A DNA stretch of 64,000 nucleotides from a virus, in the IMG/VR virus record IMGVR_UViG_3300048762_000330; one strand, 5' to 3'. Numbering within the stretch: the stretch's first letter is position 1; each line of letters opens with the position of its first letter. The translations under genes and the position numbers were made by a program. Below are positions 16,593-25,141 of the stretch, piece by piece. The notes under the pieces are model-generated. The model saw only the letters and a list, made by a program, of their open reading frames with translations. It did not search any database and was not told where the DNA came from.

Positions 16593-17108
16593 ATGAAGAA
16601 ACTCATTTTTATCTTGCTATTTATTTTCTGGGCTGCTTTCGCACAAAATCAAACTCCATCATATGACAAGTATAGCGTGGGCGTCAGCGTGGGATCTACA
16701 TTACTAAGAGAGCCGTTTTCTCCACGACTTTACACTAGTGCAACATTCGGCTACAAGTTCGCAGCAAATTACGATAAGTTTTTTGACAAGGCATACTTCA
16801 CATTCTCGCATTGTGGCGTTGATAAAGGTTCAACCGGCTATGTGATGGGATTGCAGCGCACAATGATAAATGAAAGAGACCGTATGGGACTCATTGGCGT
16901 TGTAGAAGCCGGTACGACTCGAAGCAGTGTGGGTGTATTTCGACCTGAGTTTGCTGTTGGTTTGGGTGTGGGATTCGATTTTAACGGAAACCCATATCCA
17001 AAATTTTTGAACAAGACTACGCTTTCTCTTGTGCCGAAACTCGTTGAAGTCCCTGGAAGACCGGTTTCATTCATACTTCCGATTGGCTTGACAAAGACGT
17101 TCAAGTAG
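16593..17108 (+). CDS. exported, beta-strand-rich protein
   Basis: signal peptide MKKLIFILLFIFWAAFA; alternating hydrophobic strands; terminal F. Confidence 0.5.
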   Translation: MKKLIFILLFIFWAAFAQNQTPSYDKYSVGVSVGSTLLREPFSPRLYTSATFGYKFAANYDKFFDKAYFTFSHCGVDKGSTGYVMGLQRTMINERDRMGLIGVVEAGTTRSSVGVFRPEFAVGLGVGFDFNGNPYPKFLNKTTLSLVPKLVEVPGRPVSFILPIGLTKTFK

Positions 17109-17116
17109 GGTATACT
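17088..17116 (+). promoter_or_regulatory. sigma70-type promoter of ncRNA cluster 2
   Basis: TTGACA-17nt-TATACT. Confidence 0.75.
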
Positions 17117-17128
17117 GAAATTTGTGGC

Positions 17129-17345
17129 GTGTGGCCGCAAGGCGAAGCCGGAATAAGCGCTGTTCGGGTGTGAAAGCATATATATTGGGGCGACAAAGGG
17201 CAGAATGGTTACCAAACGTCTGCTGCTGAACGAACGATGGTTCCAAGGGAGCCGGGAGAGAAGTCTCCAATCGTCATCGTTTACTAAGACAAATCGCCCA
17301 CCTTTGGTAGAGGGACCCGAATCCAATGAGGTTCGGCACTCACAC
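17129..17345 (+). ncRNA. structured RNA, 6S-like architecture (tentative)
   Basis: GTGTG/CACAC, GCCGGA/TTCGGC and TTCGGGT/ACCCGAA stems; AT-rich bubble; GGGCGA/TCGCCC stem; branched tip. Confidence 0.45.
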
Positions 17346-17350
17346 TTTTA

Positions 17351-17430
17351 AGGCTGGCGACGGACAGGCGGGTATTCGGTCGCTCCAGGTTCCAAGGATC
17401 GTAAACGGAGAAATCCGTTACGCCAGTCTT
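17351..17430 (+). ncRNA. unassigned small structured RNA
   Basis: AGGCTGGCG/CGCCAGTCT closing stem; AACGGA-GAAA-TCCGTT; GGTTCCAAGG shared with the preceding RNA. Confidence 0.45.
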
Positions 17431-17579
17431 ATTATTTTGACTTTTTGGTGTGGGAAGCGTGCAACAAATTGGTAGGAGTTGGGATTAAGTTCCCAACATA
17501 GCGTTCAGGGAAAGCGGGTAGTCGGATAGAGTGAACGTACTCCGACATTTTTAAGCTGTATAAATAGGAATTGGATTAT

Positions 17580-17686
17580 GTCTTTCAGCCTACATATGTA
17601 GCTCCGTCCTCTGACACCGGAAACGGGATGTCACGGTGACCACAAGTCGGACACTTCACATCGGGGTTCGATTCCCTGGAGAGCCA
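17580..17686 (+). ncRNA. tRNA-like RNA lacking a normal anticodon loop
   Basis: canonical T-arm CGGGG-TTCGATT-CCCTG; acceptor-like GTCTTTC/GAGAGCC with one mismatch; TGACA-CCG-GAAA-CGG-TGTCA in place of an anticodon; no CCA. Confidence 0.4.
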
Positions 17687-17696
17687 AAATTTTTGT

Positions 17697-17791
17697 TGGA
17701 CGGTCTTCTAATTTGGTAAGAAAACGCACTGTGGTCCGTAAGGACAAAATTAATGCGTAGAATTTGGGTCCGAATCCCAACTGTCCAGCCA
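17697..17791 (+). tRNA. tRNA-Asn(GUU) with an 18-nt insertion in the anticodon loop
   Basis: TGGACGG/CTGTCCA + GCCA (G73); D-arm TTCT/AGAA; ACGCA/TGCGT stem closes a 25-nt loop CTGT[GGTCCGTAAGGACAAAAT]TAA; T-arm TTGGG-TCCGAAT-CCCAA. Confidence 0.75.
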
Positions 17792-17890
17792 TTCTTTTAA
17801 ATTACCTTCTCGAAATCCAAAATTCAACAAAACCTCACCACAAAGTTGGATAAATTCTGGATGTGTGATATTGTGTAAGTAGGCGGAAAA

Positions 17891-18160
17891 ATGACTTGGC
17901 AGAATCAGATTTGGACGAATTACCCACATGCAGTGATTGATAATCTCACCAAAACCTTTGATCCGAATGAAAATGATGACTATTTCGAGCGTTTGGCATC
18001 AGCGGCGGAACTCGATGGTTCAATTCCGTTTTTTGATCATCATATACTAATGCAAATACCAGATCACATCAGAAGGCAAATCCAAATATGGTATGAGGTC
18101 CAACACGGATCTACTGCGATGATAGACGAGATCGTGCAGAGGCTACTCGACAATGACTAG
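17891..18160 (+). CDS. hypothetical protein
   Basis: AGGCGG RBS; coupled ORF. Confidence 0.5.
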   Translation: MTWQNQIWTNYPHAVIDNLTKTFDPNENDDYFERLASAAELDGSIPFFDHHILMQIPDHIRRQIQIWYEVQHGSTAMIDEIVQRLLDND

Positions 18161-18380
18161 AGAAGAATTTATAGAATTGCAGCAGAAGTATCACTCGACG
18201 GCAACTGCCCCGGATGGCTGCGCTGGAAGATATAGGATGAAAATGAGAAATAAATTGGAATTTGTGCTTCAAGAATTTGCAGAACAGAAGAAAAAACAAA
18301 TCAAGATTTCGGTGCCGGATGATATCACAAAGCAGATCACTAGACTCATCGAGCAGATCGAAATTGTCACTGAAGGATGA
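18153..18380 (+). CDS. hypothetical protein
   Basis: coupled ORF. Confidence 0.5.
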   Translation: MTREEFIELQQKYHSTATAPDGCAGRYRMKMRNKLEFVLQEFAEQKKKQIKISVPDDITKQITRLIEQIEIVTEG

Positions 18381-18386
18381 CCGCAA

Positions 18387-18833
18387 ATGAACCCTGCAAA
18401 ATACAACATCCGCCAGCGGTTCAATCATTTTAATAACATTCTCTTCGACGGCACACTCCCGTCTAATTTCAGAATGCAATGGGTTAGTAGAGACGACGCA
18501 TTAGGATATTTTCGGTACTATAATAATAAGCCGTATTCTTTGTGCTTGTCATCAACTCGTTTATCCAAATTACCACAACAAGATAGTGATTGCGTACTAG
18601 TTCATGAGATGACTCATTTGAAATTGTATGTGTTAAAATCTGAAGATAGCTTTCAGAGAGATGATGGATTCTGGATTCACGGCCCGAACTTTTGTGCGCT
18701 GAATGCTTCGTTTAGTAAATATGGCGTGTCGGATATGGACTATTCCAAAACATTTCAAAATCTTTGTTTTTCAAATGTTCCCAAAGCAAAAAGACGAATG
18801 GCACATGTTCGATGGCTACAGATAGGAAAATGA
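18387..18833 (+). CDS. SprT-like zinc metalloprotease domain protein
   Basis: FNHFNNILFDGTLP, LVHEMTH (HExxH), HGPNF. Confidence 0.75.
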   Translation: MNPAKYNIRQRFNHFNNILFDGTLPSNFRMQWVSRDDALGYFRYYNNKPYSLCLSSTRLSKLPQQDSDCVLVHEMTHLKLYVLKSEDSFQRDDGFWIHGPNFCALNASFSKYGVSDMDYSKTFQNLCFSNVPKAKRRMAHVRWLQIGK

Positions 18834-19022
18834 CCATCCACATTGAAATCGACATTGACGCCGAAAACAAAACCGTCAACGAAGTCTCCCAAATCATCAC
18901 CAAAGCTATGCATGTTCCCGGCGTCAATCGCTTTGCCATCTCCCACCGAACCAAAAATAAATTTAGATCTATTGACTTTTTAAGCTAAAATGCGGTAAAC
19001 TAACAATTGAGGACCAAACAAA

Positions 19023-19244
19023 ATGATTCGACAATTGTTAAAAGACTGGTTGAAAACTGTGAAGTGGGACCACACCGGAGCTTTCGGAATTACCATAGCT
19101 CTTACGTGCCCTTACTGCGACCAGCTATCCGAGAGGGTGGACAATTCACCGCATTCTCCACGTCCCGATATTGCCACGATTAAACATACCAACAAGTGCT
19201 TGGTATTCAGGACTATGAATGCTCTGAAGAAAGATTTGGTATGA
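19023..19244 (+). CDS. hypothetical protein
   Basis: GAGGA RBS; promoter TTGACT upstream. Confidence 0.5.
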   Translation: MIRQLLKDWLKTVKWDHTGAFGITIALTCPYCDQLSERVDNSPHSPRPDIATIKHTNKCLVFRTMNALKKDLV

Positions 19245-19855
19245 AGATCAATTGGCCGATGTTCCCCACCCAAATGCCAAGTTGTGCGTTGGAGAAGAGA
19301 AATCCCTGACGGTAGACGAAATCAAGGAAGCCAATGAAATTATAGGCCGCATGTTTACAGATCGAAACCGGCTTGGCCAGATTTTTCATACCGCTCGTAA
19401 ACGGGCACTTGTTTGCCGTCAGATTTTAGGATTTTGATGCAGCATCGTTTTTGCTATTGACACAGGACTTGGAAGTGTGCTATCCTGAAAGCATGATGAC
19501 GGTAGAGCAATTTCCGATGATCCTGGCCGATCCAAAAGCAGCCAGCCTGTTATCCAAAATTCTCGACGTGTTGAATCCTGCCATTGAAGCCGGGTCCATT
19601 CTTGGACCTTTCAATCTCAACAGTGAATACTGGAAGAGAATATGATACTCCTGAAATTCCTTTTATGGGCGGGCTTCTTTTTGGTGGCCTGTATGATAAC
19701 AGCGCCATTCACAAAGCGGGAAAGTAGCTTTCTATACTTTCCGGTGCTTGGTATTAACACAATCGCCTTCTTTGCGTTCCTGATTTGCCTTTGTGGATTC
19801 GCCTGGAATCTTGTCGTAGTATGCTGGCGCTTTATGATTTCGTAGAAAGTAACTC

Positions 19856-20080
19856 ATGCCACAACACATTTTCAAACATATCGACAGCGGCGATCATGTA
19901 TGCTCTATCTGTAAACAATCCGCTGAAGATTGCATTGACATAAAGAAGAACAGCTATACAGAATGCCTTGGTCGCAATGTAGCGCAAGGTGACGCTTTCG
20001 ACCGCACTCTTGATGAAATACTTATGCGTCAAGATATTCAAGAAATGCTTGAAGTAGATCGACTGGAATTTGAAGAATAA
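19856..20080 (+). CDS. hypothetical protein
   Basis: stop overlaps the integrase start. Confidence 0.5.
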   Translation: MPQHIFKHIDSGDHVCSICKQSAEDCIDIKKNSYTECLGRNVAQGDAFDRTLDEILMRQDIQEMLEVDRLEFEE

Positions 20081-21279
20081 TGGCACTCACCTTATACCGC
20101 CGCCATACGGCAAGTTGCATAAAGGGCTATCTACAGAATTTTCGGGTTCATTTTCCAACCACCAAACGAGAGCGTAATAAAGACTGTCAATGCCCGATTA
20201 ATTGCGAAGGCAAGCTCTCTAGCGAATTGCGGGTGTCAAACCGGTCCTTGCATACCTCCGACTGGCTTCAAGCCCAGGAAACGGCTCTAAAGTGGCAAGA
20301 ATGGCGTGCTGTGGCAGAACCGCTACCCAAAGATCCTACGGTTCAATATGCTGTAGATTCGTTTCTTACTTCGCAAGGTTCACAAGGCCGAAATGTGGAG
20401 AAAAACACCTTTCACGGTTTCGATGTTTTATTGCACCAACGGCTGCTTCCGTTTGCCAAGTCGTTTGCCAGCATTCGAGTATTTGATGATCTGGATGTAG
20501 TAAGCAAATTTGTGGAATCTTGGACGAATCTTCAAGCCGGGGGACCGCTGGCTGATTCAACAAAAAAAACGGAAATCGAGCGGCTTCGTTTCTTTTTCAA
20601 CTATTGCAAAGATCGTGAATGGCTGAAAAACAACTATGCCAAAAAAATCAAAATAAGTTTCACTACACAGAAGAAATTTGGGCTTTCACCAAAAGAAGAG
20701 CAGCGTTTGTTTGATGCCATCGACTCTGAAGAACTCAAAGTATTTTGCTTGGTAATGAGACACAGCGGTCTTCGCATTTCCGATGCAACAATGCTCAATG
20801 CATCACAGTTGGTTACTCGTGTTACCAACGGTGAAGGTTTCGCATTGAAGCTCTTCCAGAAAAAAACAAAGGAATTAGTTTATATCCCAATCCCGATGTT
20901 GCTTGCTGATGCGCTTCATGCGCTTCCATACAAAAGTGGTGAATATTGGTTCTGGACCGGTAAAGGAACTCCAGACACCGCCATTGATAATATGTACAAT
21001 CGTTTTAAGGTAGTTGTGAACAAATTGAAATTTGACCGCTCTGTAAGTCCTCACGTGTTAAGACATACATTCAGTATAAACCATTTAAACGCTGGAACGC
21101 CGGTGAAATTTGTTAGTAGATGGTTAGGTCATCACAGCACGACAATTACAGAAAAATCATATTCTCATGCTGTACAAGAAACTTTACTTGCATCAGATGA
21201 AGCATATGATAAATCTATGTTGCGGCAACAAGAGCAACAGTTGAAGTGGAGTCATGCTTCTGGAGCCGTTTCTATTTAG
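20080..21279 (+). CDS. tyrosine recombinase / integrase
   Basis: RHSGLRISDA (R), K, HVLRHTF (HxxR), LGH, Y; SAM-like core-binding domain. Confidence 0.9.
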   Translation: MALTLYRRHTASCIKGYLQNFRVHFPTTKRERNKDCQCPINCEGKLSSELRVSNRSLHTSDWLQAQETALKWQEWRAVAEPLPKDPTVQYAVDSFLTSQGSQGRNVEKNTFHGFDVLLHQRLLPFAKSFASIRVFDDLDVVSKFVESWTNLQAGGPLADSTKKTEIERLRFFFNYCKDREWLKNNYAKKIKISFTTQKKFGLSPKEEQRLFDAIDSEELKVFCLVMRHSGLRISDATMLNASQLVTRVTNGEGFALKLFQKKTKELVYIPIPMLLADALHALPYKSGEYWFWTGKGTPDTAIDNMYNRFKVVVNKLKFDRSVSPHVLRHTFSINHLNAGTPVKFVSRWLGHHSTTITEKSYSHAVQETLLASDEAYDKSMLRQQEQQLKWSHASGAVSI

Positions 21280-21310
21280 ACGTGGTATAATGGAATTTGG
21301 AGTGTAAACT

Positions 21311-21745
21311 ATGACTATTCTTCTTTCTGTTGCCGCAATCATTCTCGTTTTGACCATTGTGTGGTTAATTCGCCGTTCCAACCGGCAAATAACAGCGCTC
21401 CGACCAGCATCACAAGAACCATCTGTCGGTCCAGTTGTGAGTCATGTGAAATACGTCGATACCGATGAAGCCGTTACCGACATTACTGCTACCACCAATG
21501 TCATGATAGATGCTTTTTTGCAATTTGCTGATATATTGGCGCAGGGTCCGGTCAATGACCAGCCTGTTGACGATTCACCCATCTTTGTGCCGGGTGGAGG
21601 CGATTCCGGTGGCGCTGGCGCATCGGATTCGTGGGATCAGCCACAAGAATCTGTCTCAGAACCAGGGACCGATGTTACACTTGAATCGGAACCAGATAGT
21701 TCTGATTCTAGCTCCGATTCTGATAGCAGTTCCGACAACAGTTGA
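21311..21745 (+). CDS. membrane-anchored protein with acidic Ser/Asp-rich tail
   Basis: N-terminal TM helix; GGGDSGGAGAS and DSSDSSSDS low complexity. Confidence 0.65.
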   Translation: MTILLSVAAIILVLTIVWLIRRSNRQITALRPASQEPSVGPVVSHVKYVDTDEAVTDITATTNVMIDAFLQFADILAQGPVNDQPVDDSPIFVPGGGDSGGAGASDSWDQPQESVSEPGTDVTLESEPDSSDSSSDSDSSSDNS

Positions 21746-22128
21746 CAGGACTTTGTAGCCATGCTACACTAAAATTGTACTGGAAACTGAGGCGTCCGGT
21801 TGGGCAAACTGATCGGTTTATGAAAACGTCATGTCTGTATGGTAGGTTGATCCACAGTAGAATAACCCCGGCGATTCCTACCAATAAGCTGACGCAGGGC
21901 GGGTGGATGAACTGCGGTAAAGCAGATTCAGGTAAGTTTTCATACGAGGGTATTGGTTTTCTGGATTGATTAAAATGGGTAACAACGCTGCATTTACGAG
22001 TTTCGAAGCATCGGTAATTGCCGTCTACAATCACAGTCTGGATTATGATTTTGAGATGCGGCATTGGAGAACTTGAAAAAAGTGGGGTTGGGGTTGACAC
22101 CATTCGAAAACTGTGCTAGTATAGATAT

Positions 22129-22200
22129 TAGCAGAACAGATTGGAAAAATCGACAAGTGGTTAGGGCTGTTCGCAGCTTAATATCTGGTCTGTTCTGCTA
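22129..22200 (+). ncRNA. rod-shaped small RNA
   Basis: begins at the predicted +1 of TTGACA-17-TAGTAT; 12-bp TAGCAGAACAGA/TCTGTTCTGCTA stem; GCTG-TTCG-CAGC hairpin. Confidence 0.5.
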
Positions 22201-22236
22201 AAAGAGAACTTCAATGACACACTATTACTATATCGA

Positions 22237-22301
22237 GGGTATGAACGACGGCGCAGACGACTAGTCGCACCGTTAAGCCCTTGCTGTAGTTCGTTCATGC
22301 C
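22237..22301 (+). ncRNA. rod-shaped small RNA
   Basis: 12-bp GGGTATGAACGA/TCGTTCATGCCC stem with a G-U pair and internal hairpins. Confidence 0.45.
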
Positions 22302-22314
22302 CCACCTTAATCAT

Positions 22315-22404
22315 GGACGAATGGGTGAGTCTGGTTAAAACCAATTGCCTGTAAAGCAATCCTCCTTCGGGAGTACAAAGGTTCAAATCCTTTTTCGTCC
22401 ACCA
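22315..22404 (+). tRNA. tRNA-Tyr(GUA) 1
   Basis: GGACGAA/TTCGTCC + ACCA; ATTGC-CTGTAAA-GCAAT; long variable arm with TTCG loop; TTCAAAT. Confidence 0.95.
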
Positions 22405-22414
22405 TCTTTCTTTT

Positions 22415-22503
22415 GGCGCATTAGACCGCTAAGGAGACGGCACCCGCTGTAACCGGGTTGTCCTTTATGGACCCGAGAGGTTCGATACCTTTATGCGCCA
22501 CCA
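22415..22503 (+). tRNA. tRNA-Tyr(GUA) 2
   Basis: GGCGCAT/ATGCGCC + ACCA; ACCCG-CTGTAAC-CGGGT; long variable arm; TTCGATA. Confidence 0.92.
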
Positions 22504-22835
22504 AATTCTTTACCAAATATTGATTATATTTGGGGTACAAAGTAAGAGTGGAGTTATTTTTTGGTTTGGGTAATAAAAATATTTGTCCATTTCCACAAAT
22601 GACAAATAGAAAATCATATTTGAGATCCAACCCACCTTTATGCACAAAATTTTTCTTGCTATTTCCGCCTTTTATACTGAGACCAACTATATAAAATCCA
22701 CTTTTAGATATTTGCGTCGTAGTCTTCACCTGGACCTTTTTCAAGCCATCTTCAAACTCCGCAACGAGATCGTAGTCCTGGCTGTCGGTCAACGGAATGC
22801 ATACCGGCATTCCTTGCGAACAGAGATATTCACGG
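22421..22835 (-). pseudogene. PD-(D/E)XK (group I intron-type) endonuclease, 5'-truncated
   Basis: YLCSQG.PVCIPLTDSQDYDLVAE...VQVKT...YDFLFV; N-terminus replaced by antisense of another gene; reads into antisense tRNA-Tyr2. Confidence 0.65.
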
Positions 22836-23074
22836 AAAAGCCGAAAGTGATGATCGAGCGTGGCGAAATGGCATCCGTCGCAATCCATTTGGTCGGAACA
22901 AAAGGACAAGAGATTGAAGACAACGACTACGAATCGATGGCAAAGATGGTTATCGATGCATTCAAAAAGCATCGGGAAGTAATGAAGGAGCGCTCCTTCG
23001 CACCAGCCACTATCGGCCCAAAGAATGTTCCTGCTCTTCAAGACCTTCGGAAAGCACAAATTGATGGAATGTAA
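22835..23074 (+). pseudogene. 3' fragment of a hypothetical gene
   Basis: protein-like TEKPKVMIERGEMASVAIHL... has no own start; upstream is antisense endonuclease. Confidence 0.4.
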
Positions 23075-23116
23075 GAATAGGCACAAAGCTATTTAGTTTT
23101 TCGACTAAATACCATT

Positions 23117-23599
23117 GTGCTTTCATTTGGTCAATTTTTATCAGAAGCTCTAACTAAAAATCAACGACGCACTGGTTTTGGTGAACGTGGATATCGAGGA
23201 TTCGGTGGAAAGTATTATGCCGAATATGGCTTCATAGATTCTCAAAACGGAAAAGTAATCAAAGGTGCTGGTAACGGAGATCATGAGATGCTTGCAAGAA
23301 CGGCACTTCAAATTAAAGGTACCAAAAACCATCAAGATTCAAGTCAGATAGCCATTATGAATGGATTTATCCGATACATCATTTCTCCGCAGCATGAAGG
23401 TATTTTTCATTGTGTGAACCAATCCAGTTCTAGACACAAAATTGTTGACTTTATGCATAATCATCCAAATCTCACAACCTGTTTAATTACTTTTGAGAAA
23501 CCAAACAGCAATGGTGAATTTGAAAATATAAAGAAGTTAAATAGGGACGATTTGGATGATTTAATTTCTGGCGATTTGTCTAGATACAATTACTACTAA
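23117..23599 (+). CDS. late protein with capsid-targeting-like N-terminus
   Basis: CTAAATA-N5-GTG; MLSFGQFLSEA. Confidence 0.65.
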   Translation: MLSFGQFLSEALTKNQRRTGFGERGYRGFGGKYYAEYGFIDSQNGKVIKGAGNGDHEMLARTALQIKGTKNHQDSSQIAIMNGFIRYIISPQHEGIFHCVNQSSSRHKIVDFMHNHPNLTTCLITFEKPNSNGEFENIKKLNRDDLDDLISGDLSRYNYY

Positions 23600-23600
23600 T

Positions 23601-24347
23601 ATGTTAAGCTTTTCTCAATTTCTCATGCTTCAATCCAAATTCGCTGGTGGTCCATCTGGCGCACGCCCATTCGACAACATTCCAATGGGCGACCGGGGCG
23701 GCAATCCGCAGACGGTTTTTCAGAACGCCACGAAAGGACAATTCGGGAATCTAGAGCGAATGAAGTTTGCTTATGAAGACGTGAAAGAGTGGGATATGCA
23801 ATGGTGCTTCGCAGCGCCGTATAAACCATCGTTAGGTGAGTCTGAAAAAAAGAAAGATCAGTATGCTTACATCGATCATCCAGACAAAGGAATACTTTTG
23901 CGTAAGGTGGGAAGCAATCCAAATGAACACGCACATGAATTAATGACAAAGGAACATGGTTTAGATTGGACTAAAACCTATCCACATGGTCATATTTTCA
24001 TTAACCACACAAAGAAAAGAACATCCATGGTTCATTATCCATTAACGGGAAAACAACGAAGAGATTTACACTCTGATCTTCGTACCAAGTTACAAGTTCC
24101 AAAGTCTTATTTACAAGAGTCCGAAGAACCGCATTTGATTGGTAGGATTCAAGATCATCTGAAAGATCCTAACAATGCAATTGTTGTTCGAACAGCGACA
24201 AAAAATTTTGGACCATACAAAAGCAAACACGCCGGAATGTTTAGCAATCCAAGTCGTAAAGAACCAGGAGTATGGATTCAACACGGCAAGGGAAAAATGT
24301 ACGCTGACCCTTCTCAAGTTAAGTTTGGGCACTACAAGACTTCTTAG
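23601..24347 (+). CDS. late protein with capsid-targeting-like N-terminus
   Basis: MLSFSQFLMLQ; tandem with the previous gene. Confidence 0.6.
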   Translation: MLSFSQFLMLQSKFAGGPSGARPFDNIPMGDRGGNPQTVFQNATKGQFGNLERMKFAYEDVKEWDMQWCFAAPYKPSLGESEKKKDQYAYIDHPDKGILLRKVGSNPNEHAHELMTKEHGLDWTKTYPHGHIFINHTKKRTSMVHYPLTGKQRRDLHSDLRTKLQVPKSYLQESEEPHLIGRIQDHLKDPNNAIVVRTATKNFGPYKSKHAGMFSNPSRKEPGVWIQHGKGKMYADPSQVKFGHYKTS

Positions 24348-25141
24348 ATACAAAGCGGATGCGGGTTTTTACGAAAATCTTTTTGTGCTCCGGTTTTTTG
24401 ATAACGGTGCCAATTTTTTCGATTACATGAAAAACACAAAGGTTGAATGTTCCAAATCCAGTTAGTGCCGCCTTTTGAAAGCGGAATGATATGGTCTGGT
24501 GTCAAGTATCTTTCCGCTACCCGGCGATGAGATAATTCTGATTCATGAATACCGCAGTCAAGACAACGAATTTTATATTGCTCTTTTAAATCAATCCATG
24601 CTTGTGGCGGATATGAACCTTCGGCTCCTGCTCGTTTGGCATTAGATTTTCTGTGCGATGCTCGTTGACTTTCATAAAATTTTTCTGGATTTTCTTGACG
24701 CCATTTTCGGCATTGTTCCTGACACTTTTCTGGATTGGCTTGTGACCATTTTCGACTTGCTTCACGACGCTTTTCTGGATTTTCTTGCACCCATTTTTGT
24801 TTTATTTCATTGCTTCTTCCTGGATTTTCTTGTACCCATTTTTGATATCTCTCACGAACCTTTTCTGGATGAGTTTGTGCCCACATTCGTCTGCTTGCAT
24901 GTGCTTTCTCTAAATTTGCCCAATACCATTTTTGAGACTTCTCACAACACTTTTCAGAATTGTCTTGATACCATTCTTTTTTCTTCTTATGAACTTTTTC
25001 TAAATTTTCTTGTTGATATTTTCGATCTGATTTGTGTTTGCAATTAACACAAGCTTTGCTGCTAATAAGTCTTATCAGTGACCCACATGTTACGCACGGC
25101 TTTCCTTCAAAATATTTCGATGATAAATTCTCGGTAGACAT
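24344..25141 (-). CDS. repeat-HNH element copy 3 (intact, 8 repeats)
   Basis: MSTENLSSKYFEGKPC; TPDHIIPLSKGGTNWIWNIQPLCFSCN; ends QKDFR + borrowed tail. Confidence 0.85.
   Translation of the reverse strand: MSTENLSSKYFEGKPCVTCGSLIRLISSKACVNCKHKSDRKYQQENLEKVHKKKKEWYQDNSEKCCEKSQKWYWANLEKAHASRRMWAQTHPEKVRERYQKWVQENPGRSNEIKQKWVQENPEKRREASRKWSQANPEKCQEQCRKWRQENPEKFYESQRASHRKSNAKRAGAEGSYPPQAWIDLKEQYKIRCLDCGIHESELSHRRVAERYLTPDHIIPLSKGGTNWIWNIQPLCFSCNRKNWHRYQKTGAQKDFRKNPHPLCI

Noticed and set aside
17478-17500. tRNA-Leu(UAA) around GGGATTAAGTTCCC
   Set aside because: Stem closes a 6-nt loop; no D-arm, T-arm or acceptor stem
21770-22075. about 300-nt region downstream of a sigma70 promoter as RNase P-like RNA or a gene
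   Set aside because: Some hairpins are present, but neither a convincing ORF nor diagnostic RNA motifs; left unassigned
22155-22285. pistol ribozyme (GTGGTTAGGGC ... TTAAGCCC)
   Set aside because: The P1 partner CCAC is missing after the loop, and the two motifs sit in separate hairpins about 100 nt apart
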